DNA of 64,000 bases from the human T2T-CHM13v2.0 reference genome, Homo sapiens. How positions within the stretch are numbered: the first letter of the stretch is position 1; each line of letters opens with the position of its first letter. Of the stretch, positions 1-13,295 are shown in pieces. Location of the stretch: positions 13,792,001 to 13,856,000 of the forward strand of contig CP068257.2 of NCBI GenBank assembly GCA_009914755.4. Direction: 5' to 3'. A program made the translations under genes and the position numbers. The notes below the pieces were generated by a model, which saw nothing but the letters and a program-made list of their open reading frames with translations, ran no database searches and was not told the origin of the DNA.

Positions 1-2670
1 AATAAATGCATGCCCTGCTGTGCCCACCCTGATCCTGTTCACAGGAAACCCCTGACAAACAACTCCAAGCCTTAGAAAATCTCTCGTTTCTGGTTATAGT
101 CTCTTAAAGGATTGTATAAAACTTAGAATATTTTATCTGGCTTTTCCCTTTCTTCAGGGAAAAAAAAAAATCTCCAGTGAATGATATCACTTACACAAAA
201 AGAACAAAATGCATTTTTTTTTTTTATTTTTTAATGACTTTCTTTTAACCTACCCAAACTGCATGCTAAGCCCAAACTTTGTAATTCATGGTCTTAGAAA
301 TGTTATGTTATCAGTTCCCTGTCCCTTTCATGGGCTGCCCCCTTTCTACTCTTTCAAGAGCCTGGTAAGTCATATGATTGACTTTCAAACCAAGACTGGT
401 TGATGTGAGTAAAGGAAATTGAATTGGAATACAATCACCCCCTACTGCTCTGAACAGTTTTTTGTGCATCTAAATATGATCTGAATTTCAGATATGGTTT
501 TCTATTTGACATTGATTTTCCTCCAGCTTATATGTGCTACATCTTTACCTAAATTGAGTTGTTATCTTCTTCTGCCTTTTTGAACTTCACACTATAAATT
601 AACTATTATCCTACTGAAATAAATTCCTTTGCAGATTTTATGTATATGGAAGGAATTTCAATTTCATTTGAGGATACACATTGAGTTATTATGTCCTATA
701 GAGTAATTTATTGATCTTTGGGAACAAAAACCTCCAGTATAGTATCAGAAGAATTTTACTGTTAATTTTTAAAATAATACTTCAAAATTCACTCTTAAGG
801 GAATATATGCTCACTCATATCAGTAAAATAAGGAATCAGTTGGATATGAGAGGATAAAAATCTGATATTCAAAATATGTTCTTACTCATTTTAAAATAAA
901 GAGATCTATTAACAAAATACAGTGAATTTTGATAGCTTATGAGACTGTCGTTTTGACTAGAAATGGTTTAGAAAATTAATCTATTTGTTCCTCTCCAGCT
1001 TCCATTATAAATCATTTCTTCTGTCACCTCAAAGTTAAATAATAGTCTACATTGGAATTAATGGATCCAAAACAAAGCAATCATTAACAATTAAGTAGAT
1101 TTAGATTAAAAAAATAAAAATAAATCCTCATTCCAGGAGATAAAAGAAGTATATGTGCCTTTAAATTAATAATGGCACAAAAGTATTGGTGATATCTAGA
1201 CTCCTTCTCAAGGAGCAACAGGAAATTTCATTGAAATCAGCCAGAATTACAATATGTCTCACTCTGGAGGTGAAAAGGAGACAAAGTTGTAGTTATGTAA
1301 AGAACCATAGAGAAATTTACTCAGACAACCCATGAAACATTCATTTTTTAAAAACTGCACAAAACTGAAATCTTCTACATCTTTTCTGCTCTTAGAGTTT
1401 GCTGTGTTACTTTTGGAATTTATACTAATCTAGAAATCATGGCCATGTTTGGGGCCTTAGGTATCAAAAGACCTGGGGATTCCGTTAGGGGAACCTAGAT
1501 ATGAGTAATTCTTTCCTACTGTTCTTGTGTGCACGTTTCTGTTGCTTAACAAAACACATGCTGAAAAACCATACTTGGTCAAGAGGTAGATTTATGACTG
1601 TTTAGGAATCTACCACATGGAGCATGGGGCCTTTGTGGTTAAATACAACTGAATGACAATAAGGCAGTATCACAAAGCAGGAAACAGGCCTTGGCTCTCT
1701 TCAATTTTAGGTTATTGGGATTTGGAGAGGGAAACTTATGCCTCCTGCCAGACATGATTTTTAAACATTTTTAACTTGGTTTCCCGTTATCACTTTAAAG
1801 CACTTTGTGCATGAAGGGTGACATTTATGTGGCAAGTTATATTTTATTATTAGGTGAAAATTTTTTTGAACAAGTGAAAACATTTGTCTTTAATAGTGAT
1901 TAAATGCCCAACAAGTTAGAACCTTTACAGAGAACAAAATGAGCTAAGTGCAAAAATAAGTTTCTAATGTTGCTTCTAAAAATAAAAAAATAACAAATGA
2001 ATAAAGGAGATAAATGCACCAGGGATTTCCAAATTGGAAACTCAAAACATTTTTAAAGCTAATTTAATAATTTATTTTTAAAACCCTACAAAATAACAGA
2101 ATGAAGATATTCCCTCCAATGTAAGGTATGCAGTTATTAAAATACTGATCAATTATTTGCTTTTGTTGTTTTCCTGTTAAAGTTTCCTTTCGTTGACTGT
2201 TTTTACCCTGGCAGCACATCTACTCTGCATACATCTCTGTTTATTAATCAATGCAATACCCTCTCTTCAGTTCAGTACAGGACCCATGAAATATTTTAAA
2301 CTTGCTCCTTTATTGGGTTAAACCTATTTGAATGGAAAGAAATTAGCCATTACAATTCTGAGAGATCATGTCTGCACACAGCAAATCACAAGAAACATTC
2401 TTTGGGGTCACTTTTGAGGTTTCCTTCTAAGTCTTTGAAGCATATCATTGGTTACAAAAGGAAAAAAGACTAAATTTTCAGTATTAGGCAGAGAAAAAAA
2501 AATTTTATGAAGCAAATATTCATGCAGAATGTATTGATAAAACTTGGGAGTACACATGTAGCCATTCCATAAGTACCCCACTTTTTTTTTTATTTGTGTT
2601 CTTGGTTACATTAATTAAATGAGCTTAATCTCATACTCTAATTATTATCTCTACAGTTTGTTTTGTAGCA

Positions 2671-2719
2671 AAAAAAAAAAAAAAAAACTCAAAAAACACA
2701 AACAAAAACAAAAACAAAC
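2671..2719. repeat. poly(A) run followed by (CAAAA)n-like low-complexity tract
   Basis: Read directly from the sequence: a17 then 'ctcaaaaaacacaaacaaaaacaaaaacaaa'. Confidence 0.8.
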
Positions 2720-5700
2720 CCTAATGTAGGAGTTTAAATGTGTTATTTTTTGAGAAATATGAAATTCGTCTTTGGCATTAGCTTCAACTTTCATCCTAGA
2801 GTAGTTAATGGGCCTAAATCTAATTATTTGTAAAGTTTGCTTGGATGATTGGTAGATGATAAAGCAATATACACTAATTAGCCACAAGGACAACGACATG
2901 AGAGATGAATTTTACAGATACATCAAAAACTTATCTGTGAATGGAATTTTAGAATGCTTTAAATAGAGCTATAAAAATAGGTGAAACAAGTTGATTTAAG
3001 TTGGAGTTCTTTATTATTCATGGAACTATAGGAATTTTTTTTTCTTGTGGTACTTAGAAGTTTCAGTGTGTTATAAAGATTTTTTCTTCTACCAGATTGC
3101 ATCTTCCTTGAAGGCCAGACCCATGTCTGATTCATATTATCTCCATGTGTCTAGTAGATTTCTCTCTATAAATTAGCTATCAAATATTTGTTGAATGCAG
3201 AACCCATATGCCATCCTTTTGCAAATTAGAAATAAAAGCATGCATTCTCCAGAACGTGTTTCTTAAAGCACCTGCCTCTCTTGTGTCCTTTTTGAAATTA
3301 ATCACATGAATTCAGAAATGAGAAGGGATAGTTTTATGTTAGGTCTTTTGTAGGAAAGTAATGCACTGTGTCAAAGTTTCTTAAATTCAGGCTTAACCAC
3401 TGGACTGAATCATAAGTACAAAATGTGCCATGGGATTAAAGGTCTTATTTTTTACTGTACTAAAAAATAAATAACAGTTTGGTAAAATGGTGTAATTATA
3501 GTTTCTTCTAGTATTTGGATATTAAATTAGAGGGTACCATAATTCAGGAATGATGGCCTTTTCTTTATCTGAATGTGTCTAGATAGAGGGCCCTGTGTTT
3601 TGCTGAAGACTGTAATTGTTAGTGTACTTATAATAATTCTCTAGTCACTCATCATCAGCACCTAAACAGCTTGCCTTGGAAAGTTATGAAATCCCGGAGT
3701 TAATGACCACGCTTAAATTTTGGCCAAGCAATCTAAACTCTTATCCTCAATTTTCCACAGCAGTTGGATCCATTCTAGAGGTAAATACCTTAGAGAAGAG
3801 AATTGACTAGGAGCAAAATACATGCAAATATATGTTATATAAAGAGCATGATAATTCCTCGCTTTACTATTTTTTAAATGGAAATATACTTTGTCTCAGA
3901 TGTCACAAATTAGTGAAATACTTTGAGAGAAATATAATTTTAAATATCTCTAAATTCTTATAGATAAATGTCCTCTAATTTGTTTCTGAAATGCCAAATC
4001 TAACTTAAGCAATTTATGACCACTATTTTATCAGTGCTTAAATTTAATTTTCCTTCTTCATAGTTAGTACCCACTGTACACATTTCTATATTAATATACA
4101 TACATATTTAAATTAATGTAACATTAAATCTATAAGCATAACCAAGTTAATTATAACTATGTGATAAAATATGCAAATTATTTTTTAGACAGTGACTCTT
4201 TCAAATATCCAACTGAATTATATAAATAAAACATGAATGACAAATTTTTTAGTTGTTTGTCACATATTACAACCATTCTATATGTTATTCATTTTCCAAA
4301 TATAAAAGAGTTACCATTACTAGATGGAAAATTATATTCAGAAATGCAGACATGTCCTTGGTAGGAAAAAGATAGAAACGCACAACGAGCTTCACTCACT
4401 AAACCAAATTTCTTAAATTTCAAAAAGACCCATTATTCACAGGTCAAATTTGTCCCTTGATCAGTATACAGAAAACAATAAGGTTTAGTCATAAACAGTA
4501 AAGCAGCATGTCTGGAAGGAAAGAGACTAGAAATGAAACAAAATGAGATATGGGCCGTCTAAGGCTACCCCAGTCCTCACTTTCACCCCCCTTCACCTAG
4601 ACGAGTACATGCTGAACAAGCACCAAAAACAACCAATAAATGAAAGGAAACTCAAAGGTCACTTGGGGTCATTATTTTCACATACCTTTGAATAATGAGA
4701 GCATCACATGTCAGCCAGAGGAGAACAAAATGTCACATTCTCCAGCTAAAGGTTGGCCTTGGTCAAAGGTCACAGAAGGGAGGCCAGGAAATAACCTAAG
4801 AGGTTAGGCTGGGTGCACAAAGAAAGGTCACCAAATGTCAATGAAAGCATGCAGCTGTTTGGAGATGAAACAACTGAGGCACCCTTTTGTGCTGACATCG
4901 GCTAGAAAAAATGTCTCTGCTGACATTTTTTTTAGCTGGCAGTTTTATAGGACATTGACATTAATGTACCCAACCCCGAATTAGCCTTTTAAAAAGCAAC
5001 AGTTTGGAAGTTAAGTGCAGCAGTTTCCAAAAAATCATAACTGTGACATTTTTATTCCAGATGATTAATACAGCAATGGACTTCTAACACAAAATTTAGA
5101 TTTGATCTGAGCTCTTTCATCACGACAATGTGTTAGCAACTAGGCCTCGGGACACAGGTAACAATCAGTAACTAGTATTTTTATGTTTTTAAGAATTATT
5201 ATTATTCCTTTAACTAAAAGGTATTCAGAAACCTCACCTTATTACAAGGTAGGAAGACATGAGTGATTTCCACATTTCACTGGGCCTAGCTGTTGGCAGC
5301 TCTTGATCTAGTAATAAAATCCATTCAAAGGAAAGAGAAAAGACTGAAAAATTTGCAACCCATTTTAAAGGAATTCATGCAAAATACTTGCAGACTAAAT
5401 CTTAATCTATCTGAGTATTTCCATCTTAAACATCAGCCCTAAAAGTAACAATTCTTAGAGAAGTGGTGGTAGTGTTCCCAAGTATTCTCAGACATCAAAC
5501 TCTACAGGAAAGAAGTTTAGAAAAGATAGGCACCTTGAATTATTCATATACTTAACTTACAGTTGATCCTTCCTAGCAGCTTCAGTTTTCTGTGTGTATG
5601 GAGGTCTATTTTATACACACACACCTGATATTCATCCAAGATTAGCAGCTGTTTCCAGATAACATTAGAACATTTCACATCTATAAACATCCTTTACTGA

Positions 5701-5860
5701 TTCACAGGCACAAGACCATATTTTAATTCAAGACATACTTTTCAGTCCTCAGGGTTCTGACAAGTGGCCCCAATTTACAACTTAGGCAGCTCCAATTTTT
5801 TCCCAAATCTTTTTCAAACAGTTTCCACATCCTCTTAAAAAAGAGAACATTGTGGATTTA

Positions 5861-6238
<378 letters not shown>

Positions 6239-7784
6239 CTAAAACCTCTATTCCGGGTGAGTCTCTTTTTTGTTTGTTCCTCCGTAAACTTCCAGGGAGA
6301 CTGCCAAACAGTAATGCTCACCCCGGGGTGACTGCAGGACTCACCCAGAGACAAAACTACCTTCCCACCTAATGGGCCCTAGACATATGAAGCCTGTCAG
6401 GAGAACATCATAAATCATGGAGATGGGAAGAGAGGGGGCAGGAGGAGCCACACAAACCCTTTGCACTTAGGAGAAAGAGTTATTTAACACGTCAGGGAAG
6501 TGCATTTAATAAATGAAGTCAGTGACTTGAACATGTCATATTCGATCTATATGGAGGTTACTGAACTTTCTTTAAAAAGTCATTTTTATGCTGGTTGCTT
6601 TTCTTATGAAATTTTCTACACCTCTAGTGTATAAAATGGATGTGTAAGCAGCTGATTGAGAAATAGCTAAGGTCAAAGTTAATAAGGAAAGCAGAAGGTC
6701 TAAAAGCAGGCTGCCTTTTTTTTCCCCTTTGAGTTCAAGAGACTCCATATGATTTGGGCATGACATACTAATGTTTCTGACATCAGGCCTTTTTTTAAAT
6801 CTGCCTTCAAATAACTGATACTTGGGTGGTAATGAATGTGGAAGATGTCTCGTTGCTGGAATTACAAAAATGAACTTTCCTCTTCTGATTTCATTCATGG
6901 GCTAGTTTTTATGAGTAAAATGATATCAAAGACTTGGAGGGATGGAATATTGCCTCAAAATGTCAAGACAATATAAGTTACAGAATGTACAAGTTGGAGA
7001 AGAAAGAAAAGGGTGGGAACATAGAATTAGGTGTCCCTTTAAAAACAAAGAAGAAAGCAAAATACTCAGCAAGTATATAAACAAGTACAAACTGCACATC
7101 TATTTTGGAAAATGTTTTTGTATCTCCAGGCTTTCTGGATCCCTTACATTTAAGTCATGAGAATCTCTGGGTTATTTTGTCACATAAAAGAGTATAAAAC
7201 CCCCATCAAATCAACAAATAGGTTTGCTCCCTCAGATGAGATTTAACTGAAACTTGGAACAAAAACAGTGAGGTTCATCAGATAAACATATGCCAAATTT
7301 AAGACTTCTATCTGTTCTTAAATGGATGCTATAGATTGTCTGCAAGAACTACTCCCTTCAACTTCAGATGTGATAAAGCTTGATATGATGCTCTTAGACC
7401 TTGAAACAGAAACCATATGTGGCAATAAACAAACAAACAAAATCCCTGGATACTGCAAAGGAAAAAAAAACAGAAAACTTACTCGATTTTAGAAGACTTG
7501 AAAAAGTTGTAATTATCTTCCTTGATGTACACGGTGTTCACTGACAGGAAAAAAAAAAGAAATCTCAGCACCTAAAAACTTATATATTTGCACATTTATG
7601 TTCAAATTATTCTCTAAATGGCTTGAAATAATTGCCTCTTCTGCTTTGTATTAACTAAACTTTTTTTTTTTTTTTTTTGTCAAGTCATGGTTCTTTTTCT
7701 AGTATCTGAAAATGTGCCAAACTAAATGTCAGTGCCTTCATAAGGAAGATTTAGAGTTCCTTTTGGAGCAGATAGAAGCCTCAA

Positions 7785-8075
7785 ATGACAAACACGCTTA
7801 TCCTGAATGCCCCTCCTGCTGGTGTGACTTACCTCAGAACAAGGTCAAAGAAGCCGCCAGAGAAGATCTACGATTTGTTTGACTTGACATTCCCTGGTAT
7901 TTCCCTTTGTTATCCCTGTGTCATCGTTCTGTGGCAGAGGGAGAGCAAGGCAAGCGCTTGCTTTCAGGTATATCTGGCTAGTAGCCCTACATACCACAGA
8001 GAGCTACTGTGGATTTCACTGTATGAAAAGCCTCCATTTGACTTGAATGCTGTTAAAGCATTGCAGGGGTAAGTT
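7785..8075 (+). other. Exon-like segment: 95-codon ATG-initiated ORF that terminates inside a consensus splice donor (caggg|GTAAGTttt)
   Basis: The ORF 7785..8072 ends with 'gcattgcagggg taa gtt'. Its stop codon is the TAA of a GTAAGT donor motif at about 8069-8074. There are 5 CpGs in about 290 bp, slightly above the local background. The Kozak context is weak (c at -3). Confidence 0.2.
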
Positions 8076-8294
8076 TTGAAATCCTTCCTTAGGTCAAACT
8101 CTAGCTGGAAAGTTCGCCCCATCCTCCTCTTGGAAGGACTCTTATATGGCCTTGTAGCTAAACTTGAGCAACCACACACTGCAGCAGAGCAGCTGGCATG
8201 GCCCAAGCCAGGTGGGTGGTCCAGGCAAGGCCCAGTCCCCTTGTGTCCATTATTGCTAAGGTGCATCTAGGAGCACAAGGACAGGAGGAGTCAG

Positions 8295-8480
8295 ACATGT
8301 GAGTGTTTTTGCAATCAGTCAACAAACATCCACTGTTTACCGATTACAGGACATTTCTTCTGGGCATTGGGAATACCAAGTGACAAAGTCATGCTTTTAA
8401 TTTTCAAGGTGTTTAATAGAGAATAAGCCAGGGTTGGAACACTCTACCCCGGAAGTCCCTGCTATTAAATCTGGCTTTGC
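8295..8480 (-). mobile_element. MIR SINE fragment (antisense)
   Basis: 'cagtcaacaaacatccactgtttaccgattacaggacatttcttctgggcattggg' resembles the reverse complement of the MIR 3' core ('caacaaatatttattgagc...ctactatgtgccaggcactgtgctagg'). The boundaries are uncertain. Confidence 0.3.
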
Positions 8481-10150
8481 TTTTCAGTAATCACCTCCTT
8501 AAAGACCCAGGGGACAAAAAACTTAGAAACAATTTCCTCCCTCCCTGACTTACTTTGTCTCTGACTTCGGCCTTTCACAGTGGCACACATGGTTGGGACA
8601 TCTAAAATACCACTGGAAAATTTAAGGATATAATCTACCTATATTATATGAATAGCACAAATTTATTTTCAATGAATTAGCAGAAGTTCAGAGCCATTCT
8701 TTCTTAGGCACTTTCCTATACTCTTGGTGAATTCGTCTAGTATGTGAAAAAAGAGTTTCTCTCAGATTGTTAGTCCCAGCTACAAGGCCTGCCACCATAG
8801 AAAAGTTCCTTCTCTGTCCTTTTTCTCCTCTCTTCAGATCCCCTTTCTTGACCTTTCTATCACAGCATCTGAACCTGCCTGCACCTGCTCATTGTCCATT
8901 TGAATTGCTTCTCTGCTGGAGGTATTCCTGGGGCCCACTCTGGCCTACTGCCTTTGGGCTTCACCTGACCTAGCTCTGCATTTACAAAGCAAGCCCAACA
9001 GATTTCCACCATACATTTCAAACACCGAGAATGACACTGATTTTGAAACTCAGCTACACTGCATAGAGGAACTCCCTGAATACACCCAATCACCCAATTT
9101 AGGGAAGTACGAATTTTCTGACAATGTGAAAGGGAAATGACCTATTTTAAACTAAAGTATTGAAAATTTCTAATTATTCTCATTCCAAGGGAAAAAAATG
9201 AAAAAAAAAAAAATCCTAAAGAAAAAGAACAATTCCCTCCTATAACCTATCCCTTAAAGGAATGGACAATACTTGGGTAATGATGTTCAACTTATGCATA
9301 AGAAGACAAAAGGGCATTTTTTTCTGTATGGCTTCTTTGCCAGAGACCCTTTGGTAATGTGAGGTTTTTCTAAAGGCATAAGGGACGATTTCTCTATGTA
9401 GTTTTGCAAGGTCCCTTTCATTCCTTCTGACATCTTACTTTATCCTTTTCCTTTTTCTCTCCCTAAATGAAATGGATGTCTATGTACATATATATTTTCT
9501 GAAATACAAATGTAGAATGGCATGTAAGTACCATAAACCTGAGATTTAATTTAAATGCAATATGTAAGCAAGGCCTGTTAGGTCCTGGGTCCCAGTAAGA
9601 AATGGGATTCACCCTTAAAATGGTTTAAGTGAAGATATGTTAACGGTAGCACTCCAAAAAGGCATAGGCAGAGTTTTAGGAGCAAATAAATAATTTACCC
9701 AGGGACTAGCAACATTACAACCTCTTGGGCTGAAGGGACAATGAGAAGAAATAATGTTAACAGAACCCAGCGAGAACTGGAAGCACAGAGGAGGGGCCGC
9801 CCAGTTGGAGCTGTAGTTTTGGAGAAATGCAGCAGCTGCCCAAGACGTGGTGCTGAAGCCACAGGGCAGCAGAGAAGAAATACCCTGGCTTTACTTCCTT
9901 GCAACTCAGTCAGCTCCTGCCAGTACATCCTGTGGCAAAATATCAGCTGTAACCTGTCAGTAAAAAGATTCAGTGGGGTTAGCTTCCTGATACACAGCAG
10001 GGAAAACATGGGTTGCCAAGGAATTTGGTATGGAGACTAAGGAATAATTTGCACAAAATTTCCCATTTAAATATGAGAGAATTAGAGTGAATTCAATCAT
10101 CGGGTTTATAACTAACTTTCAGGAATTTAAAAAATGTGGAAGGATGATGC

Positions 10151-10385
10151 TATGGATTGAAATATGTCCTCCCTAAATTCATATGTTGAAACTCCAATCC
10201 CCAGTATAAAACGCAGCAAGAAGGGGGCCATCAGCAGGCCAGGAAGAGAGCCCTCACAAAAAACGGAATCAGCCAGCACCTTGATCTCGGACTTCCCAGC
10301 CTCCAGCATCATGAAAAAATAAAGATTTGTTGTTTAAGTCACCCAGTCTATCATATTTTGTTATGGCAGCCCAAGCAAACCTATG
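10151..10385 (+). mobile_element. MaLR-family solo LTR (MST/MLT1-type), internally deleted
   Basis: The 5' part 'tatggattgaaatatgtcctccctaaattcatatgttgaaactccaatccccag' matches the MaLR LTR start. The 3' part 'caccttgatctcggacttcccagcctccag...aataaagatttgttgtttaagtcacccagtctatcatattttgttatggcagcccaagcaaac' matches the canonical MaLR LTR 3' end. Confidence 0.5.
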
Positions 10386-10523
10386 CAGCCGGGTCAAGTA
10401 TTTTATATATATATTATAGGAGAATACATGCTTTGAGTCATATAGAACAGGATATTAACACCAACTCTAAATTGCTATTTGTAGATTTGGGGAAACACTC
10501 CAAACTTCAGTTTTCTAAATTAA

Positions 10524-10856
<333 letters not shown>

Positions 10857-11593
10857 ATTATTATTGGGCTTTTTAAAAGCATCACATTTCTTCTTGTATA
10901 TTTTCTTTTTTTAATGAAGTACAGTCTTTACAATAGCCTTTAGTGAAGATTTGCTCCTAAAAACTTAGCTTTTGTTTATCTGATGATGGCTTTATTTCAA
11001 GTAGTTTCACCTAGTATATAATTATTTGATAGTCATTTTCTCTTGACTCTTTGAAGACATTTTTCATCATCTTCTGGCTTCCATTGTAGCTGCTTTCATT
11101 CCTTTGTAGTTATTTCATATTTGCTTTGTTTTTGGTGAGCTGAAATTTCACTAAGGTGTGTTCAGGTGTGTGTTTTTTTTGTTGCTACCTACTTATATTT
11201 CACTGAGGTCTTCTGATGTAATCTAGTCTGCCACCAATATTGGGAAGCCTTTAGCCATTTTTTTTCCTATACTGACTTTTCTCCATTCTCTATATTCTCT
11301 TGTGAAATTCTAAGCAATAAGCCAGACCTTCTAACTTTACTGTAATGTCCCTTAACCTCTATTTCATGTTTTCCAAATATTTACCCATGTTATATTGAGT
11401 CATTTCTTCTGCTGTATTTTCCAGTTGTAAATTCTCTCCTCAGCTGTATCTGATACTCTACCATTGAGTTTTTAATCTCAATAATTATATTTTTTACTAC
11501 TGTAAGTTCTGTTTTTAAAATTTTTTAGCAATTCTGCATGATCAGTCTCCACAGTCTTATGCCTTCCTCACACATTTGATGCCTTTCTTTTTT

Positions 11594-11706
11594 TCTTTTA
11601 AAATTTAAAAATTTTAGTAGAGACTTAAAAATTTTTAAATTTTAAAAGAAAAAAAGTAGAGATTTAAAAATTTAGTACAGATTTTAAAATTTTTAAATTT
11701 TAAAAG
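11594..11706. repeat. AT-rich palindromic repeat: a 21-bp perfect inverted repeat with an 11-bp spacer, plus a third copy of one arm
   Basis: 'cttttaaaatttaaaaatttt' at 11594-11614 is the exact reverse complement of 'aaaatttttaaattttaaaag' at about 11626-11648. The arm 'aaaatttttaaattttaaaag' occurs again at about 11686-11706. Confidence 0.6.
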
Positions 11707-12049
11707 AAAAAACAGTATTCTTACTTTTTATATTCTAAATGCAGTAATTTCCATATCTGAGATCTTAATGCATCTGATTCTTTTCTTTGTATTCTTTGTT
11801 GTTTATCCTCTTTCTTGGTCTCAATATGTTATTTTCCATTGTGTTTTGTTATTTTTGTTGTTGTTGTGAGTTTAGGCTTGATGAAACTTTTTCTGTGAGG
11901 CTATTCTGAGTCTTAGATTGAGAGTGTATTCCTCCAAAAATATGTGTATTTTCTTATGGCATTCATCAACTAGCACTACCAGTCAGGGGGTGATATGAAT
12001 TTGGAGCACAATCCCACATTAGGCCCCGTTTATACTGATACATTTCCAG

Positions 12050-12219
12050 TGGGTGTATTTTTTTGTTTTTAAAAATGAGGTAAAATTTACATAACATAAA
12101 ACTAGCCATTTTAAACTGTACATTCAGTAGCATTTATTACCTTCACAATGTTGTGGAACCATCACCTCTATCTAGTTTAAAAATATTTTCATCACCCCAA
12201 AAGGAAATCCCAAACCCAC
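12050..12219 (-). mobile_element. Old L1 (L1M/L1P-type) 3'-end region, antisense, part 1 of 3 (interrupted by the THE1 LTR)
   Basis: 'aaatttacataacataaaactagccattttaaactgtacattcagtagcatttattaccttcacaatgttgtggaaccatcacc...catcaccccaaaaggaaa' is the antisense strand of the classical L1M 3'-UTR region. Confidence 0.55.
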
Positions 12220-12593
12220 TGATATGGTTTGGCTGTGTCCCCACCCAAATCTCATCTTGAATTGTCATTCCCATAATCCCCATGTGTCATGGAAGCCACC
12301 TGGTGGAAGGTAAATTAATCAGGGGAGAAGTTACCCTCATGCTGTTCTTGTCATAGTGAGTGAGTTCTGAGAAGATCTGATGGTTTTATAAGGGGCTTTC
12401 CCCACTTTTGCTTGGTACTTCTCCTTGCTGCTACCATGTGAAGAAGGACATGTTTGCTTCCCCTTCTGCCATGATTGTAAGTTTCCTGAGGCCTAGCCAA
12501 CTGTAAAGAACTGAGCCAATTAAACATCTTTCCTTTATAAATAACCCAGTCTTGGGTATGTCTTTATTAGCAGCTTGAGAATGGACTAATACA
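12220..12593 (+). mobile_element. THE1-type (MaLR/ERVL-MaLR) solo LTR
   Basis: It starts 'tgatatggtttggctgtgtccccacccaaatctcatcttgaattg'. It contains '...gatctgatggttttataagg...gccatgattgtaag' and ends '...cccagtcttgggtatgtctttattagcagcttgagaatggactaataca', giving the TG...CA termini. A 5-bp TSD-like flank reads 'cccac' on the left and 'cacac' on the right. Confidence 0.8.
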
Positions 12594-13295
12594 CACACTA
12601 AACAGTTACTTCCCATTACCCAACTACCTATACCCTGGCAAACACAGATGTGCTCTTTCTCTCTTTATAGACATACCTGTTCTATATATGTTATACAAAT
12701 GGAATCACATAAAATGTGATGTCTGATTTCTAGCTTCTCTTATTTAATATACTTCCCAGGTTCATCCATGTTGTAGCATTATCAGTATTTTATTCCCTTG
12801 CATGGCTAAATTCCACTGTACACACATATTACATTTTGCTTGGCCATTCCATTGATTGACATTTGGGTTTTTTATATCTTTTCACTACTGTGAATAGTGA
12901 TGCTGTGAACATTCATGTTCAAGTCTTTGTTTGAATATCTGTTTTCAGTACTTTTAGGTATACACCTAAGAATGGAACTGTGATCATGTAGTAAATCTAT
13001 GTTTAACTTTTTAAGGAACCCCAAAACTGTTTTCCACTGTGGATTGTACCATTTTACATACCCACCAGCAATGTATGAGGGTTCCAATCTCTCCACATCC
13101 TTGTCAACAGAGGTTATTTTCCATTTTATTTTGTTTATGTATAGCCATTCTAGCAGATGTGAAGTGGTATCTCATTGTGGTTTTGATTTGCATTTCCCTC
13201 ATAAATAATGATGTTGAGAAACTTTCCACGTGCTTATTGGCCATCTGGATAACTTCTCTGGAGAAATATCCATTTAAGTTGTTTGCTTGTTTTTT
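12594..13295 (-). mobile_element. Old L1 3' region, antisense, part 2 (continues the element at 12050)
   Basis: The antisense L1 ORF2 3' region reads 'ggaatcacataaaatgtgatgtctgatttctagcttctcttatttaatatacttcccaggttcatccatgttgtagcat...gtgaagtggtatctcattgtggttttgatttgcatttccctc'. Confidence 0.7.
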
